Virus record (IMG/VR): IMGVR_UViG_2974594660_000001
Span: 1 to 64,000 of that record
Source: a virus
Lineage: Duplodnaviria; Heunggongvirae; Uroviricota; Caudoviricetes
Length of the DNA: 64,000 nt
Reading direction: 5' to 3' (one strand)
Shown: positions 49,426-57,609 of the stretch, piece by piece
Layout of the letters: each line of letters opens with the position of its first letter
Position numbering within the stretch: the stretch's first letter is position 1
Program-made: the position numbers and the translations under genes
Notes under the pieces: generated by a model
Database searches by the model: none
What the model saw: the letters and a program-made list of their open reading frames with translations, nothing else
What the model was told of the DNA's origin: nothing

Positions 49426-49931
49426 CAAGCCAGCCCAAGGACGTAACGATTGAGGTTGGTGACTCACTCACTCTGAGTGCAGACGCTGATAAGTATAACA
49501 GTGTTCAGTGGTTCAAGGATGACAAGGAAGTCTCCGGTGCCACTGGCACTACTTATACAAAAGAGAACGTTACTCTCGGTGACGCAGGTAAATACAAAGC
49601 TGTGTTTACAGGCTCCTATGGTAAGTTAGAAACCAATACTGCTACTGTAACGGTTAACGAAAAAACTGTAGAAGTTGAATCAGTTGAGTTAGATACGATT
49701 ACGGCTGAGGTTAAGATTGGTGAAACCATTGATTTAAAAGCAACTGTTAAACCAGATGGTGCAACTGATAAGAAACTTACTTGGAAGTCCTCTGACACTG
49801 AACTAGCTACTGTAACACAGACTGGTAAAGTTAAGGGCGTTTCTGAAGGCGAGGTTAAGATTACTGCTACAAGCTCAAACGGTAAATCCGCAGAAGCTAC
49901 TGTAACAGTTAGTAAACCAGATACAGAGTAA
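49416..49931 (+). CDS. C-terminal extension of the major capsid protein made by -1 programmed ribosomal frameshifting, adding two Ig-like domains (I-set-like and Big_2-like)
   Basis: The slippery heptamer G_GGA_AAG at 49416-49422 sits immediately before the capsid stop. The -1 frame is open from 49407 to 49931 with no start codon. It encodes QWFKDDKEVSGATGTTYTKENVTLGDAGKYKAVFT (Ig I-set signature) and a Big_2-like domain. Confidence 0.65.
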   Translation, partial: GKVTSQPKDVTIEVGDSLTLSADADKYNSVQWFKDDKEVSGATGTTYTKENVTLGDAGKYKAVFTGSYGKLETNTATVTVNEKTVEVESVELDTITAEVKIGETIDLKATVKPDGATDKKLTWKSSDTELATVTQTGKVKGVSEGEVKITATSSNGKSAEATVTVSKPDTE

Positions 49932-49956
49932 TTTGAAATACTCTTTCTGATAAATG

Positions 49957-49991
49957 CCGATAAGCTCGAAAGGGTTTATCGGTTTTTTTTT
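49957..49991 (+). terminator. rho-independent terminator after the capsid gene
   Basis: CCGATAA-GCTCGAAAGGGT-TTATCGG followed by TTTTTTTTT. Confidence 0.7.
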
Positions 49992-50014
49992 GATCAAAAT
50001 ATAAGGGGTATCTT

Positions 50015-50287
50015 ATGTTCAAACTAAACTACCCAATTGAGACAGAAGAGGCTCAAAAGTTTTGGGCTTCTAATCACAAATGCAATAGGGTAAAATCTAT
50101 AGTGGCTTTCTCATTAAATGAAAAGAACGCTAATGATAATCTTCGTAGGTTTGGTTATCCTAGGGCTTTTAGGAAAAGAGTTTTAGATAATTTTTCACAA
50201 TACATAAACCAACCAGATATGAAGAACATCCCAATGAGTGATATGAAAGATTTCTGGTGGGAGGAAATGCCTTATAAAGGAGAGTAG
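50015..50287 (+). CDS. hypothetical protein
   Basis: 90 aa ORF with an RBS. Confidence 0.35.
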   Translation: MFKLNYPIETEEAQKFWASNHKCNRVKSIVAFSLNEKNANDNLRRFGYPRAFRKRVLDNFSQYINQPDMKNIPMSDMKDFWWEEMPYKGE

Positions 50288-50289
50288 TT

Positions 50290-50481
50290 ATGTGGGGATT
50301 AATTATAAAAGGTATAACATTGTTCTTCTCTAATCTTATGATTGTTCTTTTTGGAGAACCTATGGTTAGGTGGATCTTCTTTAAGTTCATGAATTGGTTT
50401 GTTAATATAACACCAACAGATATTGATAACAAAATATTGAGTAAAATAGAAGAAGAATATAAAAAGAAACACGGAGAATAG
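50290..50481 (+). CDS. small membrane protein
   Basis: 63 aa, one TM helix. Confidence 0.3.
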   Translation: MWGLIIKGITLFFSNLMIVLFGEPMVRWIFFKFMNWFVNITPTDIDNKILSKIEEEYKKKHGE

Positions 50482-50505
50482 TGTAAATTAATCTCAGGAG
50501 GATTT

Positions 50506-51201
50506 ATGCAATTTATTAAGAATTATAAAGATTTGAAAGATTCTGTAAAGCTATGGCTTAATCGTAGGGATAATGCCACATTAGACAATATTCCAATGTT
50601 TATAAACTTTGCAGAAAAACAATTTACAAGATTAGTCCCTATGCCATATTATGAAGCTAATCTGGAATATAAAGTAGAAGAAGGTAATGGTACACTAATA
50701 ATTCCAAAGAATTTGTTAAAGATAAAACACATCATGGTGAACGGTCAACCCTATAACAGATCTGATGTTGAGACGTTTATGAGGATGACAAAAAGTGTTA
50801 GTTCCAAGAATTCTAAGAATGAGCACTCAGTTGATAAAGATGATGCTATAGCTCTTTCTAACCAATCAGGGTCAACTAGTACAAAGAGTTATTTCTTTAC
50901 TAGGATTGGAAGTATACTGCACTTTACACCAACCCCTGTTGATGGCGATATTATTCAACTTATCTATTATCAAGATATTCCAGAGATGAAAGATGATGAA
51001 GATCAACCTTATTCATTACTTATTGCACCTGATGTAATGTTATACTTATCCTTAAGACATGCTTCTATTTGGTTAAGAGATAATGAACAGGAACAATATT
51101 GGATGGCTAAAGCACAGGAAGCTTCTGATTCACTTAAATCACAACTTGATGATGCTGAGTGGTCTGGTTCTGCTCTTGTTGTACCTTACTTTGGAGAATA
51201 A
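50506..51201 (+). CDS. virion structural protein (head-tail adaptor or tail tube candidate)
   Basis: 231 aa with a GGAGGA RBS. Called from position in the structural module. Confidence 0.35.
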   Translation: MQFIKNYKDLKDSVKLWLNRRDNATLDNIPMFINFAEKQFTRLVPMPYYEANLEYKVEEGNGTLIIPKNLLKIKHIMVNGQPYNRSDVETFMRMTKSVSSKNSKNEHSVDKDDAIALSNQSGSTSTKSYFFTRIGSILHFTPTPVDGDIIQLIYYQDIPEMKDDEDQPYSLLIAPDVMLYLSLRHASIWLRDNEQEQYWMAKAQEASDSLKSQLDDAEWSGSALVVPYFGE

Positions 51202-51203
51202 TT

Positions 51204-51623
51204 ATGGATGAGTTACAAGATTATGAATTGAATAAATCAGGTATACCTAATGTTGGTCAGTTTGGATGGACTTCAACTGATTTAACTGGTGTTACCGATA
51301 TGATGGTATGGGTTCTTGAGTCACAAAAAGCCGCTAAATCAGCAAGTGACGATGCACAAGTTTGCCAAGATATTTCTAAAAACATATCTGATATTGAAAC
51401 TGTGTTTAATTCTAAGATAGATGAAGTTGATATGAAAATTGCGTTATTAAATCAAACCATATCTAATTTACAACCACAGTTAGATTCGTTCAGTAAAAAG
51501 TATGATGATTTTAATGTTAAGTATTCTGACTTCTTGTTTAAGTATGATCAGTTCCTACAGAAACTTCAGGAGTTCCTAGACAAATTGGATGAAGATTTTC
51601 CAGAGGGTTTTCCAGAACAATAA
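51204..51623 (+). CDS. hypothetical structural protein
   Basis: ATG at 51204 after a GGAGAA RBS; the ORF track's 51159 start is less likely. Confidence 0.35.
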   Translation: MDELQDYELNKSGIPNVGQFGWTSTDLTGVTDMMVWVLESQKAAKSASDDAQVCQDISKNISDIETVFNSKIDEVDMKIALLNQTISNLQPQLDSFSKKYDDFNVKYSDFLFKYDQFLQKLQEFLDKLDEDFPEGFPEQ

Positions 51624-51787
51624 ACTATTCCCCACTTAATGTGGGGTTTGTTTTTATACTTAACCACATTTTAAATGTAAACTATCCCTATAGTGTTAAT
51701 AGTTATGTATGATTACAATTCTTACGTAAGTTTTAAGTCTCTAGAGAACTATTATAAATTGTACTGTTATTTTAAAGGGGTATTAAA

Positions 51788-52024
51788 ATGGGGGAAATCG
51801 CAAGGAATGTTATTTCAACACTAGCTGGTACTATTTCCATGGCTGCTTTAGGTTTATGTATAAATACTTATGTTGACGTACAGATCCTAAAACAAAATCA
51901 AATAGAGCTATCTACTATAGTTAAGACTTCTCAGGACTTACTAACTAGGATAGATAAAACACAAGCGGTTCAGGAAGAGGTTGTTAAAACCTTATCTGAA
52001 ATAGTTAATGATTTAAGGAGGTAA
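51788..52024 (+). CDS. small membrane-associated protein
   Basis: 78 aa with one hydrophobic helix. Confidence 0.3.
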   Translation: MGEIARNVISTLAGTISMAALGLCINTYVDVQILKQNQIELSTIVKTSQDLLTRIDKTQAVQEEVVKTLSEIVNDLRR

Positions 52025-52026
52025 TA

Positions 52027-52920
52027 ATGGCTGTTGAGACAGTAGCACAATTTATAACACAGCTAGAACCTTCTTACCCTAGAAAGAATGACTTATTAAA
52101 AGAAGGTGATGATCACATTAGACTTATTAAACGTATTATTCAAAATACTTTTCCTAAGTTTAATAGTTTTCTGTCTATTACCTCTGATAAGTTAAACGAT
52201 TTAGATAAGAAGTTGGAGGTTGATGAAACTACACTGAAGGTGACTTCTAGTTTATCATTGACTGGTAAAAAGAAAACTATAAATTTTAATCCACAAGGTG
52301 TTTCAACAAATCAAAACATTGTAACCGGTATTCCAGATCCAAGAAAAGGAAGTGATGGTTTATATGACGCTGTTAATGTTAACTGGTTAACTACTTCTGG
52401 TGTCATACTTGATAAAGCTTATCCTGTAGATTCTATTTATATTACAGTTTCTGACTTGAATCCAAAAGATTCACTTGGTTTTGGTAAGTGGGAACCTTTT
52501 GGCGAAGGAAGAGTACTAATGGGAGTTGGTACTGGTAATGATGGAACTAATGTCCGTAAGTTTGATAAACCCCTTGTTAAAGGTGGTGAGTATATGCACA
52601 AACTTACAGAGAAAGAATTACCACCACATAACCATAAGACAGAGTTTTCAGTTGAAATGAAAGAAGCGGGTGATCACTATCACGGTTTTGGAGGGGATGA
52701 CCAGTTAGTCTGGGGTAATGAGTTATATAATGATGAACATTTTGGTTATGATGCTCAATCTAAACCGAATGGTAGATCTAATTATTATAAGACAACCTCA
52801 GATGGTAGACATAAGCATGAAATGAATATTAAGTATGAGATGGAAAAAACAGGAAGCGGAGAAGCTCATAATGTAATCCAACCTTATATAACTGTGTTCA
52901 TGTGGAGACGAATTTCATAA
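52027..52920 (+). CDS. tail collar domain protein (tail fiber or collar)
   Basis: C-terminal EAHNVIQPYITVFMW is the N-x-QPY signature of phage tail-collar domains. HxH-rich. Confidence 0.45.
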   Translation: MAVETVAQFITQLEPSYPRKNDLLKEGDDHIRLIKRIIQNTFPKFNSFLSITSDKLNDLDKKLEVDETTLKVTSSLSLTGKKKTINFNPQGVSTNQNIVTGIPDPRKGSDGLYDAVNVNWLTTSGVILDKAYPVDSIYITVSDLNPKDSLGFGKWEPFGEGRVLMGVGTGNDGTNVRKFDKPLVKGGEYMHKLTEKELPPHNHKTEFSVEMKEAGDHYHGFGGDDQLVWGNELYNDEHFGYDAQSKPNGRSNYYKTTSDGRHKHEMNIKYEMEKTGSGEAHNVIQPYITVFMWRRIS

Positions 52921-52926
52921 GGAGTA

Positions 52927-54693
52927 ATGATGGCTATTTTTCATTTAAGAGGGGTTGGTAATAAGGGGGTTATATCTGATATACCCCCATTTGACTTATC
53001 CCCTGATACTTGGTCTAATGCTAATAATGTTAGGTTCCAAGCTAATAGAGTCCAGAAGATAGGTGGTAACAACCCAACTATAATGGAAGGTATGCCTAAT
53101 GTTAAACCATTGGCTGTTGTTCAAAGACCTATGAAATCTGAAATGATTTATGGAACAGGGGATCCTTTTACTACAAAGGGCAAATTATACAGAACTGAGG
53201 GTGGTGTTCATGAAGATATAAGTAGGTGGATTGATCCAGATGATCATGACAAAGGTACAGTTGATTATAATAGTAGTCCAACTACCCCTTGGAGTTATTC
53301 TATTTTATCAAACACTATAGTTATGAGCACTAAGTTTGAAGATCCACAGGGGATAACACCATTTACTGACAGGTTTGATACAATTCCTGGGTGGGGTAAA
53401 CCAAAGAAAGATAGTGATGTTACTGTTAACTGGAAAACTAACAGGATTAGAGCTTATAAAAACTACTTAATTTGTTTAGGTATGATTGAGAATGGTGTTG
53501 AATATGCTCAACGTGTAAGATGGTCTGATATTGCATTCGTTGATGAGTTACCTCAGAACTGGTGGGAGGATAGTGAAGATCATGACGGTGGTTTTAACGA
53601 TTTATCTGATTCTCTTTCTTATATTATTGATGGTGCTCCTCTTCGAGATTCATTCGTAATATATACGAATAGGGACACATTCTTAATGGACTATGTTGGT
53701 GGTGCTTTGGTTTTCAATTTCAGAAAGATATTCTCTGATTCTGGTATTTTATCTGATGGTTGTTGCGTTGAGTTTGAAGGTAAGCATTTCGTTATCAGTG
53801 AAGACGATATTTTCGTACATAATGGCTCTACAAGAAAATCTATTGTTACTGGTAGGGTAAAAGATAAATTAATACAAGAGATATCTTCTGTAAATCCAAA
53901 TGCAACAAAGGTATATAGCTACCCAACTAGAAAAGAGATATGGGTAACATATGTCAGACCTGGTTCTACAAATCCAGATGGTTTAGATAACTATGCATGT
54001 AATAGAGCTGCAGTTTGGTCTTGGGAGTATGATACTTGGTCTTTCTATGATATACCAGACATCTATGATATAGGTCTTGGTGTCCCTCCTGATGTTGATA
54101 ATCGTAGATGGGACACAATGTGTGGTACAGAAGGTGAACCAGTTCCAGAGGGTTGTGATGACACTTGGGATGGTGAATCTCACTCTGAAGAAACTTGGGA
54201 ACCTTATTCTAAGACTTTTAATAAGTTATATATGTATGCGGCTTCTGATGATAATTGTTTCTATACACTTGATACTGGTTTCTTCTTCTATCGATGGAAT
54301 CATAAAAAATATTGGGAAGATTTTAAATCAGATGAAACAATAAAGAAAACAGATCCTAAATACTTAAGTAAGTATCCAGTAGTTTGTGAAGTTGAAAGAT
54401 TATCTTTAGATTTTGATGAACAAGAACAAGACATATCATTCTATAAATGGTGGAGATCTATCTATCCACAAATGACTGGTGAAGGAACAGCTAGGTTCTT
54501 TGTTGGTGGATCGGATAACCCATATAAAGCTCCTATTTGGACTGAGGTTCAGGATTTTGTTATTGGTGAGGATTGGAAAGTTGATTGCTTTAATAATTTT
54601 CGTTATCCTGCAATAAAGATACAGAATTTTTCTGAAGGAGAATGGGATTTCACTGGATTTGATATAGAGTACTTCAAGGAGGGTAATAGATAA
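52927..54693 (+). CDS. tail structural protein (tail tube B or nozzle candidate)
   Basis: 588 aa. Called from position. Confidence 0.35.
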   Translation: MMAIFHLRGVGNKGVISDIPPFDLSPDTWSNANNVRFQANRVQKIGGNNPTIMEGMPNVKPLAVVQRPMKSEMIYGTGDPFTTKGKLYRTEGGVHEDISRWIDPDDHDKGTVDYNSSPTTPWSYSILSNTIVMSTKFEDPQGITPFTDRFDTIPGWGKPKKDSDVTVNWKTNRIRAYKNYLICLGMIENGVEYAQRVRWSDIAFVDELPQNWWEDSEDHDGGFNDLSDSLSYIIDGAPLRDSFVIYTNRDTFLMDYVGGALVFNFRKIFSDSGILSDGCCVEFEGKHFVISEDDIFVHNGSTRKSIVTGRVKDKLIQEISSVNPNATKVYSYPTRKEIWVTYVRPGSTNPDGLDNYACNRAAVWSWEYDTWSFYDIPDIYDIGLGVPPDVDNRRWDTMCGTEGEPVPEGCDDTWDGESHSEETWEPYSKTFNKLYMYAASDDNCFYTLDTGFFFYRWNHKKYWEDFKSDETIKKTDPKYLSKYPVVCEVERLSLDFDEQEQDISFYKWWRSIYPQMTGEGTARFFVGGSDNPYKAPIWTEVQDFVIGEDWKVDCFNNFRYPAIKIQNFSEGEWDFTGFDIEYFKEGNR

Positions 54694-56201
54694 TGGCTAC
54701 TACTGATGCTAGGAACAGAATAAGACAACCTTATCGTTTCTATAAGCCTCAGTTTCTAGATGAAAACAGATTGAAGATGGATCTTGATAGGGAGTTTGAG
54801 GATATTTCTCAAGCTCTCTTGAAAGTATCAGAAAAGTTCAACATGATTGATCTTAATCTAGATTTTGATGCTGGTGAGGTTATGGATGAGTTGAATAAGA
54901 TTAAATCAACCATCGAAGTTACAATAAAAAGATTAGGTAATTTAGAAGAGGCTAACTCAGAGTTATCTTTTAAATTAACTGCCCAATATAATGAGATGCT
55001 TGGTTCATTAAGACACATTAACAGGGTTATCTCAAATGCACAAAGAGCCTTAGCAGAAGCTACATTACAATTAGATGCAGAAACAATCTCTATCCAGAAT
55101 GATAATGCAAGGATGTCTGCTCATATTTCCAGACAAGATATTGTTATCACTGATCATGAACAAGCTATTGCAAGAACTAATGAGAAGTTGGATGCAGCCG
55201 TTGAGACTATTAATAATGATATCATGGCATCTATCGAAACAACTAAAGAAGCAATAGCAACGTTAGAAGAGTCTGTAGCTAGTGTTGAAACTAACATGAA
55301 TAGTAAATATGACTCACTAAGTAAGGTGGTTGATGGTAACAAAAAAGATGCTGATGGTAAGTTAGCCGGACTAGATGGGCGTATGGTTACAGCAGAAGCT
55401 AATATCAAAACTGTACAGAAAACATCTGCTGATAACACTAAAGCCATTTCAGAAATGAGTACTGAAATGAGTTCTAAGTTTACATCAGTAAATAATAGTA
55501 TAAATTCTACCAATCAAACAGTATCATCAAACAAAAAAGATGCAGATGGAAAAATAAGTAATGTTAATGGCAGAGTAGACACTATAGAAGGTAGGGTCAA
55601 CACTGCTGAAGCTAATATTAAGACGAACGCAAAAACTGGTGCAGATAATAAACAAGCCATAGCTTCTATGGAAACAAAGATGAATGCAAAGTTCAATGAA
55701 CAGGAAGCTAAGATTAACACAAAAGCTGTTACACAGTTTGATCACTCAGGAACAGGTTCTGCTACATATGAAGTAAATGCTGGTATTAAATGGAATGGTA
55801 AAGTAACATCTGCTGGTATGAGAATTGAAGCTTCTGTGTCTGGTGGTGTTATGCATTCAGGTGTTATTTTTGACGCTGATAAGTTCAAAGTCAGAAACCC
55901 ATCCAATGGAACATTTCAAACAGCTTTTGAGATCAAAGGTGGTAAGACATATATAAGATCAGCATTAATAGATAGTGCTGAGGTTGTGACTGAGTTTAAA
56001 TCTCAAAATTTCGTTTCTGGTAAATCAGGGTTTAGGTTTGATGCCAAAACTGGTAATGCTGAAATGAATGATGCAACTTTTAGAGGTACACTTGATGTGA
56101 AGTCTGGTACTACTGGTGGCAGAATGTCAATATCAAATAATCAAATTTTAGTTTATGATGAAAATAACAGACTTGTTGTTAAAATAGGATACTTGGGGTG
56201 A
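54693..56201 (+). CDS. tail fiber or needle-like coiled-coil protein with an internal tandem duplication
   Basis: A repeated segment of about 65 aa: NKKDADGKxxxxxGRxxTxEANIKTxxKTxADN. Confidence 0.4.
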   Translation: MATTDARNRIRQPYRFYKPQFLDENRLKMDLDREFEDISQALLKVSEKFNMIDLNLDFDAGEVMDELNKIKSTIEVTIKRLGNLEEANSELSFKLTAQYNEMLGSLRHINRVISNAQRALAEATLQLDAETISIQNDNARMSAHISRQDIVITDHEQAIARTNEKLDAAVETINNDIMASIETTKEAIATLEESVASVETNMNSKYDSLSKVVDGNKKDADGKLAGLDGRMVTAEANIKTVQKTSADNTKAISEMSTEMSSKFTSVNNSINSTNQTVSSNKKDADGKISNVNGRVDTIEGRVNTAEANIKTNAKTGADNKQAIASMETKMNAKFNEQEAKINTKAVTQFDHSGTGSATYEVNAGIKWNGKVTSAGMRIEASVSGGVMHSGVIFDADKFKVRNPSNGTFQTAFEIKGGKTYIRSALIDSAEVVTEFKSQNFVSGKSGFRFDAKTGNAEMNDATFRGTLDVKSGTTGGRMSISNNQILVYDENNRLVVKIGYLG

Positions 56202-56204
56202 TTT

Positions 56205-56468
56205 ATGAAATGGGGATTACAAACTTTACAGAACGGCAAACTAGTGTCTTCAATAAATACTACTTATATTATCGACTATTTATATGTTGATAAGAAATTC
56301 TCAAAAACATATAGTGACATTGGTGATGATGTTACTATTTACCCATTTATAAATAACTCAAGATATGGATCATTGATATCTGTTAATGGGAGTGTTGTTA
56401 CCTTTGGGTATGATCAATGGTCTTCTCCATATAACGCAATAATCATGGGGATTTCTAAAAATGTCTAA
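56205..56468 (+). CDS. hypothetical protein
   Basis: 87 aa ORF. Confidence 0.3.
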   Translation: MKWGLQTLQNGKLVSSINTTYIIDYLYVDKKFSKTYSDIGDDVTIYPFINNSRYGSLISVNGSVVTFGYDQWSSPYNAIIMGISKNV

Positions 56469-57081
56469 ATACGGGATAATTTCTTTAGAAAGTGGAACAC
56501 CTGTTTCACTTCTCCAATATAGTACAATGTCTTTCTTTAAGAAAATAAGAGTTAGTGGAACCACTAATACTGGGTGGTCAGATAAAAATAATCCACCCCT
56601 TCTTTTTAATAGACATATATCTGGAGATCAATCTATGCCATTTTTGATATGGGAAAGTAATACTTGGAGAATTTCAGGTGTATCTAATAATAGTGTAGTA
56701 GATTGTTATTTGTTTTTAAAAAGTTCCCTAGTAAGTAAAGATAAGTGGGGTGTCGAAATCTATAATAATAAAGGTGAGGTTGTTCAGAGATCTGGTACTA
56801 GTTTATTAAATATAAAAACAATTGATAGAGAAGTAAGTGCAACAAATGGTTTAACCTCTGTTGATGTTGGTTTTCCTTGTGCTGTTTTAGAGAGAGTTAA
56901 TGGGATGCATGGTCGTCCTAATGGGAGTGTTGGTGGTATCGATATTTTCCAAGTTAAATCAATAGGTCATGGAAATGAAATAAGGTTATTCTTATTACAA
57001 GTATCTAGAAACCAGGGTCAGGCTTTTCAGGAAATTTACAATAGATTGCACCTATGTATAGATGTTCGTGATTATGATTAG
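56461..57081 (+). CDS. hypothetical tail-associated protein, paralog of the next ORF
   Basis: Shares the RPNGSVGGIDIFQ motif with ORF 57087..57569. Confidence 0.35.
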   Translation: MSKYGIISLESGTPVSLLQYSTMSFFKKIRVSGTTNTGWSDKNNPPLLFNRHISGDQSMPFLIWESNTWRISGVSNNSVVDCYLFLKSSLVSKDKWGVEIYNNKGEVVQRSGTSLLNIKTIDREVSATNGLTSVDVGFPCAVLERVNGMHGRPNGSVGGIDIFQVKSIGHGNEIRLFLLQVSRNQGQAFQEIYNRLHLCIDVRDYD

Positions 57082-57086
57082 GGGGT

Positions 57087-57569
57087 ATGGTTATGAAATT
57101 ATTAAAAGTCATAAATTTTGTTGGGTCTACTTCAATATCTACTGGTGTTTTTGGTAATAAACCAAAAGTTTATATGAAAGCTGACTTTTCTAGAGAAAAT
57201 ATGCCAAGGTTGGAGAAATCTGGAGACGAGTGGTTTTTAAAGGGTGTTCCAGGATCTGATATTTATTGTTATGTTTTTTCAGAATCTGGTACTGGTTTAA
57301 ATTTGATTGAATATGAAACCATAGGAACTATATCGCCATCAAGTCCTGAATTAAAAGTAGATTTTAATTGTGCAACAATTATAGAACCTATTGGTCTTTG
57401 GTACAGGCCAAATGGGAGTGTTGGTGGTGTTGATTTCTTACAACTAGCTACAGTCGGTGTTAAAGATAAAATACAATTAACTATACACCAAATGGGTAGA
57501 GGTTCTGGTGGCCCAAATCAAGTCATTTATACTACAAATCAGAAATATATTAAAATAAGTGATTATTAA
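57087..57569 (+). CDS. hypothetical tail-associated protein, paralog of the previous ORF
   Basis: RPNGSVGGVDFLQ. Confidence 0.35.
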   Translation: MVMKLLKVINFVGSTSISTGVFGNKPKVYMKADFSRENMPRLEKSGDEWFLKGVPGSDIYCYVFSESGTGLNLIEYETIGTISPSSPELKVDFNCATIIEPIGLWYRPNGSVGGVDFLQLATVGVKDKIQLTIHQMGRGSGGPNQVIYTTNQKYIKISDY

Positions 57570-57609
57570 TTTTATGAGGGACTTGTTCCCTCTTTTAAGG
57601 AGATATTAA

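Noticed and set aside
55154-55745. Minus-strand ORFs inside the 54693..56201 fiber gene
   Set aside because: Hydrophobic low-complexity translations of the repeat region. The whole right arm is otherwise plus-strand.
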